The notes beneath the pieces were generated by a model. That model was not told where the DNA came from. It saw only the letters and a program-made list of their open reading frames with translations, and did not search any database. Below are positions 53,519 to 64,000 of a stretch of DNA of 64,000 nucleotides, one piece after another. Numbering within the stretch: position 1 is the first letter of the stretch; each line of letters starts with the position of its first letter. The position numbers and the translations under genes are program-made. This DNA comes from an uncultured Chloroflexia bacterium. Lineage in GTDB: Bacteria; Chloroflexota; Anaerolineae; CG2-30-64-16. Where the stretch lies: positions 89 through 64,088 of the forward strand of contig CAWEHT010000143.1 of NCBI GenBank assembly GCA_963808455.1, in the 5' to 3' direction.

Positions 53519-54250
53519 GTGTCAACGGAGGCCCGCGTGCAGCTGCTGATCAGTGTGGTGAACGCCGGGGAAGTCGAGGCGGCCCTGTCCGGAGGCGCCG
53601 ATATCCTGGACATCAAGAACCCCGGCGAAGGCTCGCTGGGCGCGCCGGCGCCCGGCCTGATCCGGCAGGCCCGGCGCCTGGCGCCGCGGCCCCAGGCGGT
53701 CAGCGTTGCGATCGGCGACATGCCAAACCTGCCTGGCACGGCCGCGTCGGTGGCCCTGGGTGCGGCATCCTGCGGGGCCGACTACGTCAAGGTCGGGCTG
53801 TGGGGTCCGTGGACCGTGGGCGAGGCGGAGTCCCTCTTGCTGCTGAGGTTGGCGCCGCCTTGCGAGAGGCGCCGCGCTGCGTGTTGATCGCAGCGGCCTA
53901 CGCCACGCCGACCGCACCGGGACGCTCGACCCGCGGTTGCTGCCCGGGATTGCTGAGCGGGCGGGCGCGGCCGGCCGCCCTATCGACACAGCGATCAAGG
54001 ATGGCCATCGCCGACTGGACTTCCTGGCCCCGGAAGCGCTGCGGGCCCTGGCAGAACAGGCCGACGTGCCGGCCTGCTCTTCGCCCTGGCCGGCGCCCTC
54101 CAAGAAGCGGATCCCCTCGTGCTCCGCGACCTGGGAGCAGACGTCGCGGCATTCGGTCGGCCGCTGGCCGGGATGGGCAGCGGGCCGGCCCGCTGGACGC
54201 CGGGCGGGTGCGCCGGCTGCGCGTGATGCTGGCCACGCCTCTGGCGCAAC
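53519..54250 (+). CDS. MfnB-like (4-(hydroxymethyl)-2-furancarboxaldehyde-phosphate synthase / DUF556 family), left-arm copy; frameshift near 53860
   Basis: QLLISVVNAGEVEAAL..GADILDIKNPGEGSLGA; intact copy at 60844-61563. Confidence 0.55.
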
Positions 54251-54405
54251 CTTGATCCGGAAGCTTCCGGCGCCTTCTGAGCGCTGAACCGCCGCGCTGC
54301 TGGGCGGCGCCAGGTTCAGGCCAGCGCACATCCCGCGGCAATGGTGCCCGAATCGGCCGGCGATCTGGTCTCCCAACTCTCCATCGGGCCTGAATACGGC
54401 CGGGC

Positions 54406-55103
54406 TCACTTCCTGCCGGCCCGCAAACGGCTCAATGCTTCCGGATGCACGTGCCCAGCGTGCGCCCGGTCGCCGAGAAGTTCCGCCAGGCGCTCGGGGT
54501 GCTGGCCGTTGATGGCCAAGGTCTCCAGTTCCAGCCCCATCAGGACCACTGCAAGATAGTCGTCGACGCCGCCCGGCTGGCGGACGAGGTCTGCGACGTC
54601 GAGTTCCTGGCATGGCTCGGCGGGCTGGCCCGGCCGTGGATCTCCGGGTACAGGCCATCGACGTCTTTCAGGAGCACGAGGCACGCTGCGCCCGCGAGCC
54701 CGGCGATCCACGCGGCCAGGCTATCGGAGGTGACATCCCAGGAATTAGGCAGCGGGTCGGCCTGCAGCACCAGCGCGGCCGGCAAGAGGATGGGAAGGCG
54801 CCCATCGTCCGCGATCCGGCGGGCAGACCAGAGGTCCTGCACCGCGGAACTGCCCGGGATCAATTCCGCGAGGAGACAGCCATATTGGTCCATGGCCAGC
54901 AACGCCATGCGATGGGCCGCAGTCTCGCTCAGGCGATAGCGCCGGTACTGATAGCGCACCACATCGGCGAACTGGCCCCCGCCCGGCACGAGGAGGAGGC
55001 GATAATGCCGGCCCAGCTGGCCGAGCGCCTGGCCCAGGTGCTCCAGGTCCGGGCCACGACTGAGGCTGCCTCCAACCTTGAGCACCGCGTCGAACCCGTT
55101 CAT
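54406..55103 (-). CDS. amino-acid-kinase-family protein (H4MPT/MFR island orf21-type), left-arm copy; frameshift
   Basis: MNGFDAVLKVGGSL...LLLVPGGG; ATGA overlap with the upstream gene. Confidence 0.5.
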
Positions 55104-56146
55104 CGGCGTGCCTCCAGTTGTTCGGCGAGGAGGCGTGCCGCGGCCCAGCTCGGCGCGGCCGCGGCGACCGCGGGGTCCCGGCGCGCGCCGCGCCTCCGGA
55201 TGGGACAAACCCCAGGCGCCTGGCCGCCTCCTCGGCCAGGCTGGCGCCCATCCCCACGGCGATGATCGGGAAATCCGGGCGCCTGCCCAGCCGTGAAAGC
55301 ACCTGGAGCAAGCCCCGGCCGATCTGCGCCGATTTGCTGCCGCGGACAAAGGCGGCGATCGCGTCGATCTGGATGTCGCCAAGCTGTTCGGCATCGGCAC
55401 AGACCAGGCGTGCCAGCCGGCGGCGCGCCGCCGGAACCGTGGCAGGGCGCCCATCGGGGGTCGGGCAGGTGTAATCTTCCGGCGCCAGCTCCCCGAGCAC
55501 GAGATGCACGTCGCCGCTGATCGCAAAGTACTCCGATGAGACGGGGCACATCCGGCCACTTACCGGCACGGCCCGCACGATGGCTGCCAGATGGGTGCGC
55601 AACATGCCGGTATAGACCAGCTCGCCGGCCTGCAGCCGGGCCAGGTCCGTCCGGCCCTCGGCGGCCACCCGTCCGCCCAGGATAGGTATGATGTCGGTGG
55701 TCGTGCTTCCCACGTCGAGGAGCAGGCAGTCGGGGCAAGCGCGAGCGGCCCACAGCGCGCTGGCCAGCCAGTTGGCAGCGGCGAAGTCCAGCGGATGGGA
55801 ACACGCCCTCGGCCAGGGGCGAGAACTCGCCCGACAGGCTCAGGGTATAAGCCGGGCAACCCGGAAAGGCGCTCTCGAAGCTGTCCAGCACGAAGGTCAC
55901 CCCCTCGCGCTTCGTGGCAAAGACGTCAGACAGCTCCGCGGTCATAGTCAGCGCCATGGCGTCAGGAAAACCGCCGGCCAGCCGGGCCAGGGCGGCCTGC
56001 AGCACCTGCGGCAGGCGTTCTCTGGCATGCCGAATCTCGAAAGGCAGGCTCACCACGCGGGGGGCGCCCGGATCGCGGATCGCGTCGTCGATCCGGGTAG
56101 CCTTGACATTCGCCCCACCGACATCCCAGCCTATCACGGTTGCCAT
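55100..56146 (-). CDS. hydantoinase/oxoprolinase-N-terminal-like 'H4MPT-linked C1 transfer pathway' protein, left-arm copy; frameshifts
   Basis: MATVIGWDVGGANVKATRID; LLLDVGSTTTDIIPI motif in the mirror copy. Confidence 0.5.
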   Translation of the reverse strand: MATVIGWDVGGANVKATRIDDAIRDPGAPRVVSLPFEIRHARERLPQVLQAALARLAGGFPDAMALTMTAELSDVFATKREGVTFVLDSFESAFPGCPAYTLSLSGEFSPLAEGVFPSAGLRRCQLAGQRAVGRSRLPRLPAPRRGKHDHRHHTYPGRTGGRRGPDGPGPAAGRRAGLYRHVAHPSGSHRAGRAGKWPDVPRLIGVLCDQRRRASRARGAGAGRLHLPDPRWAPCHGSGGAPPAGTPGLCRCRTAWRHPDRRDRRLCPRQQIGADRPGLAPGAFTAGQAPGFPDHRRGDGRQPGRGGGQAPGVCPIRRRGARRDPAVAAAAPSWAAARLLAEQLEARR

Positions 56147-57199
56147 AGCGCCTCCCCTAGCCCGCCCGGCCGATCCTTGCCAAAGCTGGCCTGCCCGGCC
56201 AGGGCGACCGAGGCCGGCAAGACGCCCTGCGTGCAGGCTTCCCACATGGCGCGGGCCAGGTTGATGCCGGCGACGCGCCGCAAGCCAATGTAGGCTGTCG
56301 TCAGGCGCGGGTTGAGCTCGACGGCCCAGGCCCGGCTGTCGTCCAGCACCAGATCGACGCCCACATACCCTTGCAGCCCGGGTATGGCGCCTGCCGCCGC
56401 CACGGCCACGGCCAGCGCCTCGTCATGCAAGGGATGCGCCAGCGGCACGGTGCCCCCGCGATAGCTGAACGGGCGGCCTACCCGGATATCCTGGCCGTTG
56501 AGGCTCAGAGGCAGGACGCGCTCGCCCGCAACCAGGAGCGAAACGCTGGCGGGCTTGCCGGGCAAATAGCGCTGGAGTAGAATCCGTGGCCGGGGCTCGA
56601 TGAGATCGGTCGATGCGAGCGCCAGCGCCAGCTCACGATCGTCGCGGGCCAACGAGATGCCCTCGCAGCCGACGCCGTCGAACGGGCTTCACCACCAGCG
56701 GGTAGCCCAGGCCCAGTTTGGCGGGCCTCGCCGGGCCTGGATCGGCCAGGCAGGTAAGCGGCGTTGGCACCCCGGCGGCCTGCCAACGCTGATAGCAAGC
56801 CCATTTGTCGCCCGCCAGCTGCACGGCCGCCGGGGCACTGCCAATCAGGCAGGCACCGGCCTCCAGCACCCACCGGTTGAGTTCGGCCAGGAGGCCGGCG
56901 GTCTCCGGCGCGATGACCAGCGCGGCGTCGCAACGGGCCAATGCGGCCCGGAAGGCCGGAGCATGCCCGCCGGGCGCGACCCGGATGATGTGCTCTGCCG
57001 GCAGATCCAGGTCAGCCAGGCGCCAGTCGAGGGTGCTGAGGGTACGAACGCCACCCCAGCGCGCGGAGTCGGCCAGGACCGCCTGCAGCATGGCAGCCCC
57101 TTCGGCCGCCAGCTCGCCTGGCAGCTCGCGCGAGCTCAGGCCGCCGCCCGTGACATACTCGTGAACGAACAACCAAGGAAGTGCACCCATGCGTATCAT
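56134..57199 (-). CDS. ATP-grasp ligase (second island-type ATP-grasp), left-arm copy; frameshift near 56640
   Basis: MIRMGALPWLFVHEYVTGGG...YPLVVKPV...VELNPRLT. Confidence 0.5.
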
Positions 57200-57551
57200 T
57201 CCGGTTATGGACCTGCTGGGCGAGAAAGCCGTGCACGCCGTCAGAGGCGAGCGATCACATTATCTGCCGATCACGAACCGGCTGACAGCCAACGGCGATC
57301 CGTTCGCCCTGGCCCGGGCCTACCGCGAGCAATTTGGGCTGGCTGAGCTCTACGTTGCCGATCTCGATGCCATCCAGAGGCGCGGCAGCCACGCCGGACT
57401 CATCGCCCGCCTGGCCGAGGAGTCAGGGCTGGCGCTGATGGTCGATGCCGGGGCTGCCGACGCCGAGCAAGCCCGGCAGGTCCTGGCACTGGGCGCCCGG
57501 AAGGTCATCTTCGGGGCGGAGACGGCTCCGGACTGGGACGCGGCTCGCACC
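57189..57551 (+). pseudogene. HisA/HisF-family (beta/alpha)8-barrel gene, 5' ~121 codons only, truncated at the fold point of the inverted duplication
   Basis: MRIIPVMDLLGEKAVHAVRGER...; the ORF continues into its own reverse complement after ~57551. Confidence 0.55.
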
Positions 57552-57913
57552 CTGGCGACCGCGTCCCAGTCCGGAGCCGTCTCCGCCCCGAAGATGACCT
57601 TCCGGGCGCCCAGTGCCAGGACCTGCCGGGCTTGCTCGGCGTCGGCAGCCCCGGCATCGACCATCAGCGCCAGCCCTGACTCCTCGGCCAGGCGGGCGAT
57701 GAGTCCGGCGTGGCTGCCGCGCCTCTGGATGGCATCGAGATCGGCAACGTAGAGCTCAGCCAGCCCAAATTGCTCGCGGTAGGCCCGGGCCAGGGCGAAC
57801 GGATCGCCGTTGGCTGTCAGCCGGTTCGTGATCGGCAGATAATGTGATCGCTCGCCTCTGACGGCGTGCACGGCTTTCTCGCCCAGCAGGTCCATAACCG
57901 GAATGATACGCAT
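57552..57913 (-). pseudogene. HisA/HisF-family gene fragment, mirror copy
   Basis: mirror of 57189-57551. Confidence 0.5.
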
Positions 57914-58968
57914 GGGTGCACTTCCTTGGTTGTTCGTTCACGAGTATGTCACGGGCGGCGGCCTGAGCTCGCGCGAGCTGCCAGGCGAGCTGGCGGCCGA
58001 AGGGGCTGCCATGCTGCAGGCGGTCCTGGCCGACTGCGCGCGCTGGGGTGGCGTTCGTACCCTCAGCACCCTCGACTGGCGCCTGGCTGACCTGGATTTG
58101 CCGGCAGAGCACATCATCCGGGTCGCGCCCGGCGGGCATGCTCCGGCCTTCCGGGCCGCATTGGCCCGTTGCGACGCCGCGCTGGTCATCGCGCCGGAGA
58201 CCGCCGGCCTCCTGGCCGAACTCAACCGGTGGGTGCTGGAGGCCGGTGCCTGCCTGATTGGCAGTGCCCCGGCGGCCGTGCAGCTGGCGGGCGACAAATG
58301 GGCTTGCTATCAGCGTTGGCAGGCCGCCGGGGTGCCAACGCCGCTTACCTGCCTGGCCGATCCAGGCCCGGCGAGGCCCGCCAAACTGGGCCTGGGCTAC
58401 CCGCTGGTGGTGAAGCCCGTCCACGGCGTCGGCTGCGAGGGCATCTCGTTGGCCCGCGACGATCGTGGAGCTGGCGCTGGCGCTCGCATCGACCGATCTC
58501 ATCGAGCCCCGGCCACGGATTCTACTCCAGCGCTATTTGCCCGGCAAGCCCGCCAGCGTTTCGCTCCTGGTTGCGGGCGAGCGCGTCCTGCCTCTGAGCC
58601 TCAACGGCCAGGATATCCGGGTAGGCCGCCCGTTCAGCTATCGCGGGGGCACCGTGCCGCTGGCGCATCCCTTGCATGACGAGGCGCTGGCCGTGGCCGT
58701 GGCGGCGGCAGGCGCCATACCCGGGCTGCAAGGGTATGTGGGCGTCGATCTGGTGCTGGACGACAGCCGGGCCTGGGCCGTCGAGCTCAACCCGCGCCTG
58801 ACGACAGCCTACATTGGCTTGCGGCGCGTCGCCGGCATCAACCTGGCCCGCGCCATGTGGGAAGCCTGCACGCAGGGCGTCTTGCCGGCCTCGGTCGCCC
58901 TGGCCGGGCAGGCCAGCTTTGGCAAGGATCGGCCGGGCGGGCTAGGGGAGGCGCTATGGCAACCGTGA
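57903..58968 (+). CDS. ATP-grasp ligase, right-arm (mirror) copy; frameshift near 58470
   Basis: mirror of 56134-57199. Confidence 0.45.
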
Positions 58969-60002
58969 TAGGCTGGGATGTCGGTGGGGCGAATGTCAAG
59001 GCTACCCGGATCGACGACGCGATCCGCGATCCGGGCGCCCCCCGCGTGGTGAGCCTGCCTTTCGAGAATCTGGCATGCCAGAGACGCCTGCCGCAGGTGC
59101 TGCAGGCCGCCCTGGCCCGGCTGGCCGGCGGTTTTCCTGACGCCATGGCGCTGACTATGACCGCGGAGCTGTCTGACGTCTTTGCCACGAAGCGCGAGGG
59201 GGTGACCTTCGTGCTGGACAGCTTCGAGAGCGCCTTTCCGGGTTGCCCGGCTTATACCCTGAGCCTGTCGGGCGAGTTCTCGCCCCTGGCCGAGGCGCGT
59301 TCCCATCCGCTGGACTTCGCCGCTGCCAACTGGCTGGCCGAGCGCGCTGTGGGCCGCTCGCTTGCCCCGACTGCCTGCTCCTCGACGTGGGAAGCACGAC
59401 CACCGACATCATACCTATCCTGGGCGGACGGGTGGCCGCCGAGGGCCGGACGGACCTGGCCCGGCTGCAGGCCGGCGAGCTGGTCTATACCGGCATGTTG
59501 CGCACCCATCTGGCAGCCATCGTGCGGGCCGTGCCGGTAAGTGGCCGGATGTGCCCCGTCTCATCGGAGTACTTTGCGATCAGCGGCGACGTGCATCTCG
59601 TGCTCGGGGAGCTGGCGCCGGAAGATTACACCTGCCCGACCCCCGATGGGCGCCCTGCCACGGTTCCGGCGGCGCGCCGCCGGCTGGCACGCCTGGTCTG
59701 TGCCGATGCCGAACAGCTTGGCGACATCCAGATCGACGCGATCGCCGCCTTTGTCCGCGAGCAGCAAATCGCGCAGATCGGCCGGGGCTTGCTCCAGGTG
59801 CTTTCACGGCTGGGCAGGCGCCCGGATCTCCCGATCATCGCCGTGGGGATGGGCGCCAGCCTGGCCGAGGAGGCGGCCAGGCGCCTGGGGTTTGTCCCAT
59901 CCGGAGGCGCGGCGCGCTCGGGACCCCGCGGTCGCCGCGGCCGCGCCGAGCTGGGCCGCGGCACGCCTCCTCGCCGAACAACTGGAGGCACGCCGATGAA
60001 CG
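58956..60002 (+). CDS. hydantoinase-like H4MPT-linked C1 transfer pathway protein, right-arm copy; frameshifts
   Basis: mirror of 55100-56146. Confidence 0.45.
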
Positions 60003-60666
60003 GGTTCGACGCGGTGCTCAAGGTTGGAGGCAGCCTCAGTCGCGGCCCGGACCTGGAGCACCTGGGCCAGGCGCTCGGCCAGCTGGGCCGGCATTATCGC
60101 CTCCTCCTCGTGCCGGGCGGGGGCCAGTTCGCCGATGTGGTGCGCTATCAGTACCGGCGCTATCGCCTGAGCGAGACTGCGGCCCATCGCATGGCGTTGC
60201 TGGCCATGGACCAATATGGCTGTCTCCTCGCGGAATTGATCCCGGGCAGTTCCGCGGTGCAGGACCTCTGGTCTGCCCGCCGGATCGCGGACGATGGGCG
60301 CCTTCCCATCCTCTTGCCGGCCGCGTGGTGCTGCAGGCCGACCCGCTGCCTAATTCCTGGGATGTCACCTCCGATAGCCTGGCCGCGTGGATCGCCGGGC
60401 TCGCGGGCGCAGCGTGCCTCGTGCTCCTGAAAGACGTCGATGGCCTGTACCCGGCAGATCCACGGCCGGGCCAGCCCGCCGAGCCATGCCAGGAACTCGA
60501 CGTCGCAGACCTCGTCCGCCAGCCGGGCGGCGTTGACGACTATCTTGCAGTGGTCCTGATGGGGCTGGAACTGGAGACCTGGGCCATCAACGGCCAGCAC
60601 CCCGAGCGCCTGGCGGAACTTCTGGCGACCGGGCGCACGCTGGGCACGTGCATCCGGAAGCATTGA
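59996..60666 (+). CDS. amino-acid-kinase-family protein, right-arm copy; frameshift near 60320
   Basis: mirror of 54406-55103. Confidence 0.45.
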
Positions 60667-60843
60667 GCCGTTTGCGGGCCGGCAGGAAGTGAGCCCGGCC
60701 GTATTCAGGCCCGATGGAGAGTTGGGAGACCAGATCGCCGGCCGATTCGGGCACCATTGCCGTGGGATGTGCGCTGGCCTGAACCTGGGGCGCGCCCAGA
60801 GCGCGGCGGTTCAGCGCTCAGAAGGCGCCGGGAAGCTTCCGGA

Positions 60844-61563
60844 TCAAGGTTGCGCCAGAGGCGTGGCCAGCATCGCGTGCAGCCGGCGCACCCGCCCGGC
60901 GTCCAGCGGGCCGGCCCGCTGCCCATCCCGGCAAGCAGCCGACCGAATGCCGGCAACGTCTGCTCCCAGGTCGCGGAGCACGAGGAGATCCGCTTCTTGG
61001 AGGGCGCCGGCCAGGGCGAAGAGCAGGCCGGCCGCGTGGGCCTGTTGTGCCAGGGCCCGCAGCGCTTCCGGGGCCAGGAAGTCCAGTAGGCGATGGCCAT
61101 CCTTGATCGCTGTGTCGATAAGGCAGCCGGCCGCGCCCGCCCGCTCGGCGATCCGAGGCAGCAACCGCGGGTCGAGCGTCCCGGTGCGGTCGGCGTCGGC
61201 GTAGGCCGCTGCGATCAACGCGCAGCGCGGCGCCTCTCGCAAGGCGGCGCCAACCTCGCGGAAGAGGGACTCCGCCTCGCCCGCGGTCCGCGGACCCCAC
61301 AGCCCGACCTTGACGTAGTCGGCCCCGCAGGATGCCGCACCCAGGGCCGCCAGCGCGGCCGTGCCAGGCAGGTTTGGCATGTCGCCGATCGCAACGCTGA
61401 CCGCCTGGGGCCGCGGCGCCAGGCGCCGGACCTGCCGGATCAGGCCGGGCGCAGGCGCGCCCAGCGAGCCTTCGCCGGGGTTCTTGATGTCCAGGATATC
61501 GGCGCCTCCGGCCAGGGCCGCCTCGACTTCCCCGGCGTTCACCACACTGATCAGCAGCTGCAT
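60844..61563 (-). CDS. MfnB-like (DUF556) protein, right-arm copy (intact, 239 aa)
   Basis: mirror of 53519-54250; single ORF. Confidence 0.55.
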   Translation of the reverse strand: MQLLISVVNAGEVEAALAGGADILDIKNPGEGSLGAPAPGLIRQVRRLAPRPQAVSVAIGDMPNLPGTAALAALGAASCGADYVKVGLWGPRTAGEAESLFREVGAALREAPRCALIAAAYADADRTGTLDPRLLPRIAERAGAAGCLIDTAIKDGHRLLDFLAPEALRALAQQAHAAGLLFALAGALQEADLLVLRDLGADVAGIRSAACRDGQRAGPLDAGRVRRLHAMLATPLAQP

Positions 61564-61634
61564 CGCGGGCCTCCGTTGACACCGATTTTAATTCGTGCTA
61601 CATTGCATGTCAATTTATCGCGGAGATCAGGCCA

Positions 61635-62669
61635 ATGATGGAATGTTCGCCGGATGAGGTGATCGAAAGCCACTACATAGAGACTCTGGAGGGGTTGTTC
61701 TTCGCCGTCAAGGGCCTGGTCCATCCTCCCGAGCGCTACTTGGGGTGCCTGCGCTACGCGCCCGACCCGGCCGGCGAACGGCAAAAGGACGGCCTGCGCT
61801 ACCGGCGGCTGTATCACTTTGCGGAGCAGGAGGATTGGCTGCGGGCTCATGCCCCGCACTGCCTTGCCTTCGAGCCGAGCTGTCAGGCTGTCCTGCAGAG
61901 CGTGCGGCGTGGGGATGTGGCCCGGATCTACGATCCTCGCCGGCGCCTGCAGGAACTGCGTACCGGCCCGCTGCTCTATCCCGTGATACGTGACAGCGTC
62001 GCTTTCGCCGGCCTGCTTCGGCAGGCTGCCGGCGTGCCGTGGAGCGCGCTTGGCGTTTCGGGTTCCCTCTTGATCGGCCTGCACACGCCGGCCTCCGACC
62101 TGGACGTAACCGTCTACGGCAGAGAGGACGGCCGGGCGGTGCAGCGCGCGCTCCATCGCGCGCTGGACGCCGGCACCTACCCCGAGTTGCGCCGTCTCGA
62201 TCCGTCGGGCCAGCGGATGCTGTACGCGGAACGCGTTGCCGATACGCACATGGCCTTCGAAGATTTCATCGGCGTCGAGCGGGACAAGATCAACCAGGGA
62301 GAGTTCGGTGGCCGCCCGTACTTCCTCCGTTTTGTGCTACGGCCCCAGGATCTGGGCGAGCGCTATGGGGATCGGTGCTACGAACCGGCGGGGCACGCTG
62401 TGATCCGGGCCACCGTGCTGGATGCCAGGGAAGCCGTCTTCACGCCGTGCCGCTATCCTGTGGGAGACGTCACTTTTCTCGACGGCGCGCCGGCCCCCCA
62501 TCTGCGAGAGATCGTTTCCTATCGAGGGCGCTTCTGTGAGCAAGCCCAGGAGGGCCAGTTGGTGCGAGCGAGTGGTCTCCTGGAGAAAGTCGAGTCGCGC
62601 TCTGCCGGCACCTGGCACCGGCTGCTGCTCGGCAACGCTGCTGATGACACGATGCTGCCGTGGAGGTGA
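61635..62669 (+). CDS. nucleotidyltransferase-domain protein, paralog 2, right-arm copy (intact, 344 aa)
   Basis: GVSGSLLIGLHTPASDLDVTVYGRE; C-terminal OB-like region. Confidence 0.45.
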   Translation: MMECSPDEVIESHYIETLEGLFFAVKGLVHPPERYLGCLRYAPDPAGERQKDGLRYRRLYHFAEQEDWLRAHAPHCLAFEPSCQAVLQSVRRGDVARIYDPRRRLQELRTGPLLYPVIRDSVAFAGLLRQAAGVPWSALGVSGSLLIGLHTPASDLDVTVYGREDGRAVQRALHRALDAGTYPELRRLDPSGQRMLYAERVADTHMAFEDFIGVERDKINQGEFGGRPYFLRFVLRPQDLGERYGDRCYEPAGHAVIRATVLDAREAVFTPCRYPVGDVTFLDGAPAPHLREIVSYRGRFCEQAQEGQLVRASGLLEKVESRSAGTWHRLLLGNAADDTMLPWR

Positions 62670-62672
62670 AGC

Positions 62673-63199
62673 GTGGCCGAGCGTAGGATAGCCTGGGCGG
62701 TCACCGGAGCCGGGCATTTTCTGTCGGCGTGCGCCGCGCACGTGCTGACTTATCCACAGGTAGACATCTACCTGTCCCGAGCTGCCGAAGAGGTGGTCCG
62801 CATGTACCGGCTACAAGAATTCCTGCGGGTCGGCGGAGCGCGGGTGCGGCGCGAGACTACGGCCAGTTCGCCGGCTGTGGCCGGCTTTGCGCACGGCATG
62901 TACAGCGTGCTGCTGGTCGCTCCGGCCACGTCCAACTCCGTCGCCAAATTCGTCCACGGCATCTCCGACTCGCTCGTATCGAATCTGTTCGCCCAGGCAG
63001 GCAAGTCGCGCGTGCCCATCGTCGTGCTGCCCACAGAATCTCGCTCCCGAGATGGATTCTACCGGCCCCCACGGCGATATCATCAAGGTCTACCCGAGGC
63101 CCATCGATCGGAACAGTGCGAAGCTCTGCAAGTTTTCCCGGCGTTAAAGTTGTCAGCAATGTTGAGGAGATGGCTCAATGCCTCGCTTCCTGTTTGTGA
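62673..63199 (+). CDS. HFCD-family flavoprotein, right-arm copy; frameshifts
   Basis: mirror of 51897-52427. Confidence 0.45.
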
Positions 63200-64000
63200 C
63201 GGGCAAGCTGGCCGCCGAAGCGCTGGCCGCCACGCTCACCCGGATGGCGCCCGATTTCTCCTACGAGGTGGCCGTGATGCCCATCTGGGTCGCGGCGCTC
63301 ATGGACACGCGGTTCATTGCGAAATATAGAGATCCCCGTCAGTGCGAGGCGGTCATGATCCCCGGCCTGTGCCAGGGCGATACCACGCAGATCGCCGACA
63401 GCCTCGGCCTGCCCGTCCAGAAAGGGCCGAAAGATCTCAAAGACCTGCCCGCGGTCTTCGGCCAGAAGCGGCAGCTAGACGGCTACGGCGAGATCTCGCC
63501 AAGATCCTGGCCGAGATCGTGGACGCCCACAAGATGCCGCTCGACCTGGTCCTGGCCCAGGCCGAATAGTTTCGCGAGAGCGGTGCCGACATCGTCGACC
63601 TCGGCTGCCCGGTCCACGGCAACTATCCGCGGCTCGGCGAGGCTGTGGCCGCTCTCAAGAACGGCGGCTACACGGTCAGCCTCGATACTTTCAACAGCGC
63701 CGACATCCTGGAGGCCGACCACCGCGGGCATCGACCTGCTCCTCAGCGTCAATTCGACCAACCTGGAGCTCGCGCGGGACCTGCATTGCCCGCGTCGTGG
63801 TCATCCCCGACTTCGACCAGGGGCTCGAATCGTTGGAACGCAACATGGCGCAGCTCGAGGCTGGCATGTGCCGTTCATTGCCGACCCCATCCTGAACCCC
63901 ATCAGCTTCGGCTTCGCCGAATCCTTGCACCGCTTCTACGAGACCCGGCGCGGCCACCCGCAGGCGGAGATGCTGATGGGGCTGGGCAATCTCATCGAGC
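63178..64000 (+). CDS. MptH-like pterin-binding protein, right-arm copy (partial at the window end; frameshifts)
   Basis: MPRFLFVTGKLAAEALAATL...; mirror of 50606-51918. Confidence 0.45.
   Translation, partial: MPRFLFVTGKLAAEALAATLTRMAPDFSYEVAVMPIWVAALMDTRFIAKYRDPRQCEAVMIPGLCQGDTTQIADSLGLPVQKGPKDLKDLPAVFGQKRQLDGYGEISPRSWPRSWTPTRCRSTWSWPRPNSFARAVPTSSTSAARSTATIRGSARLWPLSRTAATRSASILSTAPTSWRPTTAGIDLLLSVNSTNLELARDLHCPRRGHPRLRPGARIVGTQHGAARGWHVPFIADPILNPISFGFAESLHRFYETRRGHPQAEMLMGLGNLIE

Larger units (their letters stand above)
51102..64000. repeat. giant inverted duplication (hairpin-like); arms at least 6.45 kb and more than 98% similar, folding at about 57544-57559 (16-nt non-palindromic centre); the right arm runs off the window
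   Basis: identical proteins are predicted on opposite strands at mirror coordinates (x to 115102-x), e.g. 57189-57752(+) and 57350-57913(-), 55100-56245(-) and 58857(+), 50606(-) and 63178(+). Confidence 0.9.

Noticed and set aside
57189-57913. Two overlapping 187-aa 'genes' on opposite strands with identical protein sequence
   Set aside because: They are the same hisA-like 5' fragment read across the fold point into its own reverse complement; a chimeric product of the inverted duplication, not a real 187-aa protein.

Overview
This is a high-GC (~65%) bacterial window with four parts. Bases 1-2545 hold an IS21-family insertion sequence (istA/istB) with multi-copy terminal inverted repeats. 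Bases 2.7-30.5 kb are a plus-strand carbohydrate or sugar-acid utilisation island. It encodes an RraA-like aldolase, an Ldh2-family dehydrogenase, SDRs, a CUT1-type ABC uptake system with no ATPase gene, a rhamnose-mutarotase-like protein, five tandem URO-D/MtaA-like paralogs, three TIM-barrel sugar-phosphate isomerases, an amidohydrolase-2, a creatininase-family protein, a D-2-hydroxyacid dehydrogenase, a FadR-type GntR regulator, a Zn-ADH, a UxaE-like epimerase, an SDR fused to a LarA-like domain, and a transketolase-like protein. Two sigma70-like promoters in this island carry an identical 16-nt operator. Bases 30.5-31.9 kb are a 1.4-kb convergent intergenic region containing structured repeats. 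Bases 31.9-64 kb are a minus-strand C1 (tetrahydromethanopterin/methanofuran) island. It encodes FmdE, FdhD, a bona fide FwdDBAC with Ftr, Mch (two copies), MtdB, and many H4MPT/MFR cofactor-biosynthesis-type genes (MptG, an MptH-like gene, RimK-like, CitG-like and MfnB-like proteins, ATP-grasp ligases, an amino-acid-kinase-like protein, a hydantoinase-like protein, DUF447, and an HFCD flavoprotein). It also contains an uncharacterised 519-aa protein. Two caveats dominate interpretation. At least 15 conserved genes carry frame-breaking indels. The last ~13 kb is a near-perfect inverted duplication folded about position ~57551, which truncates a hisA-like gene at the fold. Both features look more like assembly or sequencing artefacts than biology, and this can be checked.
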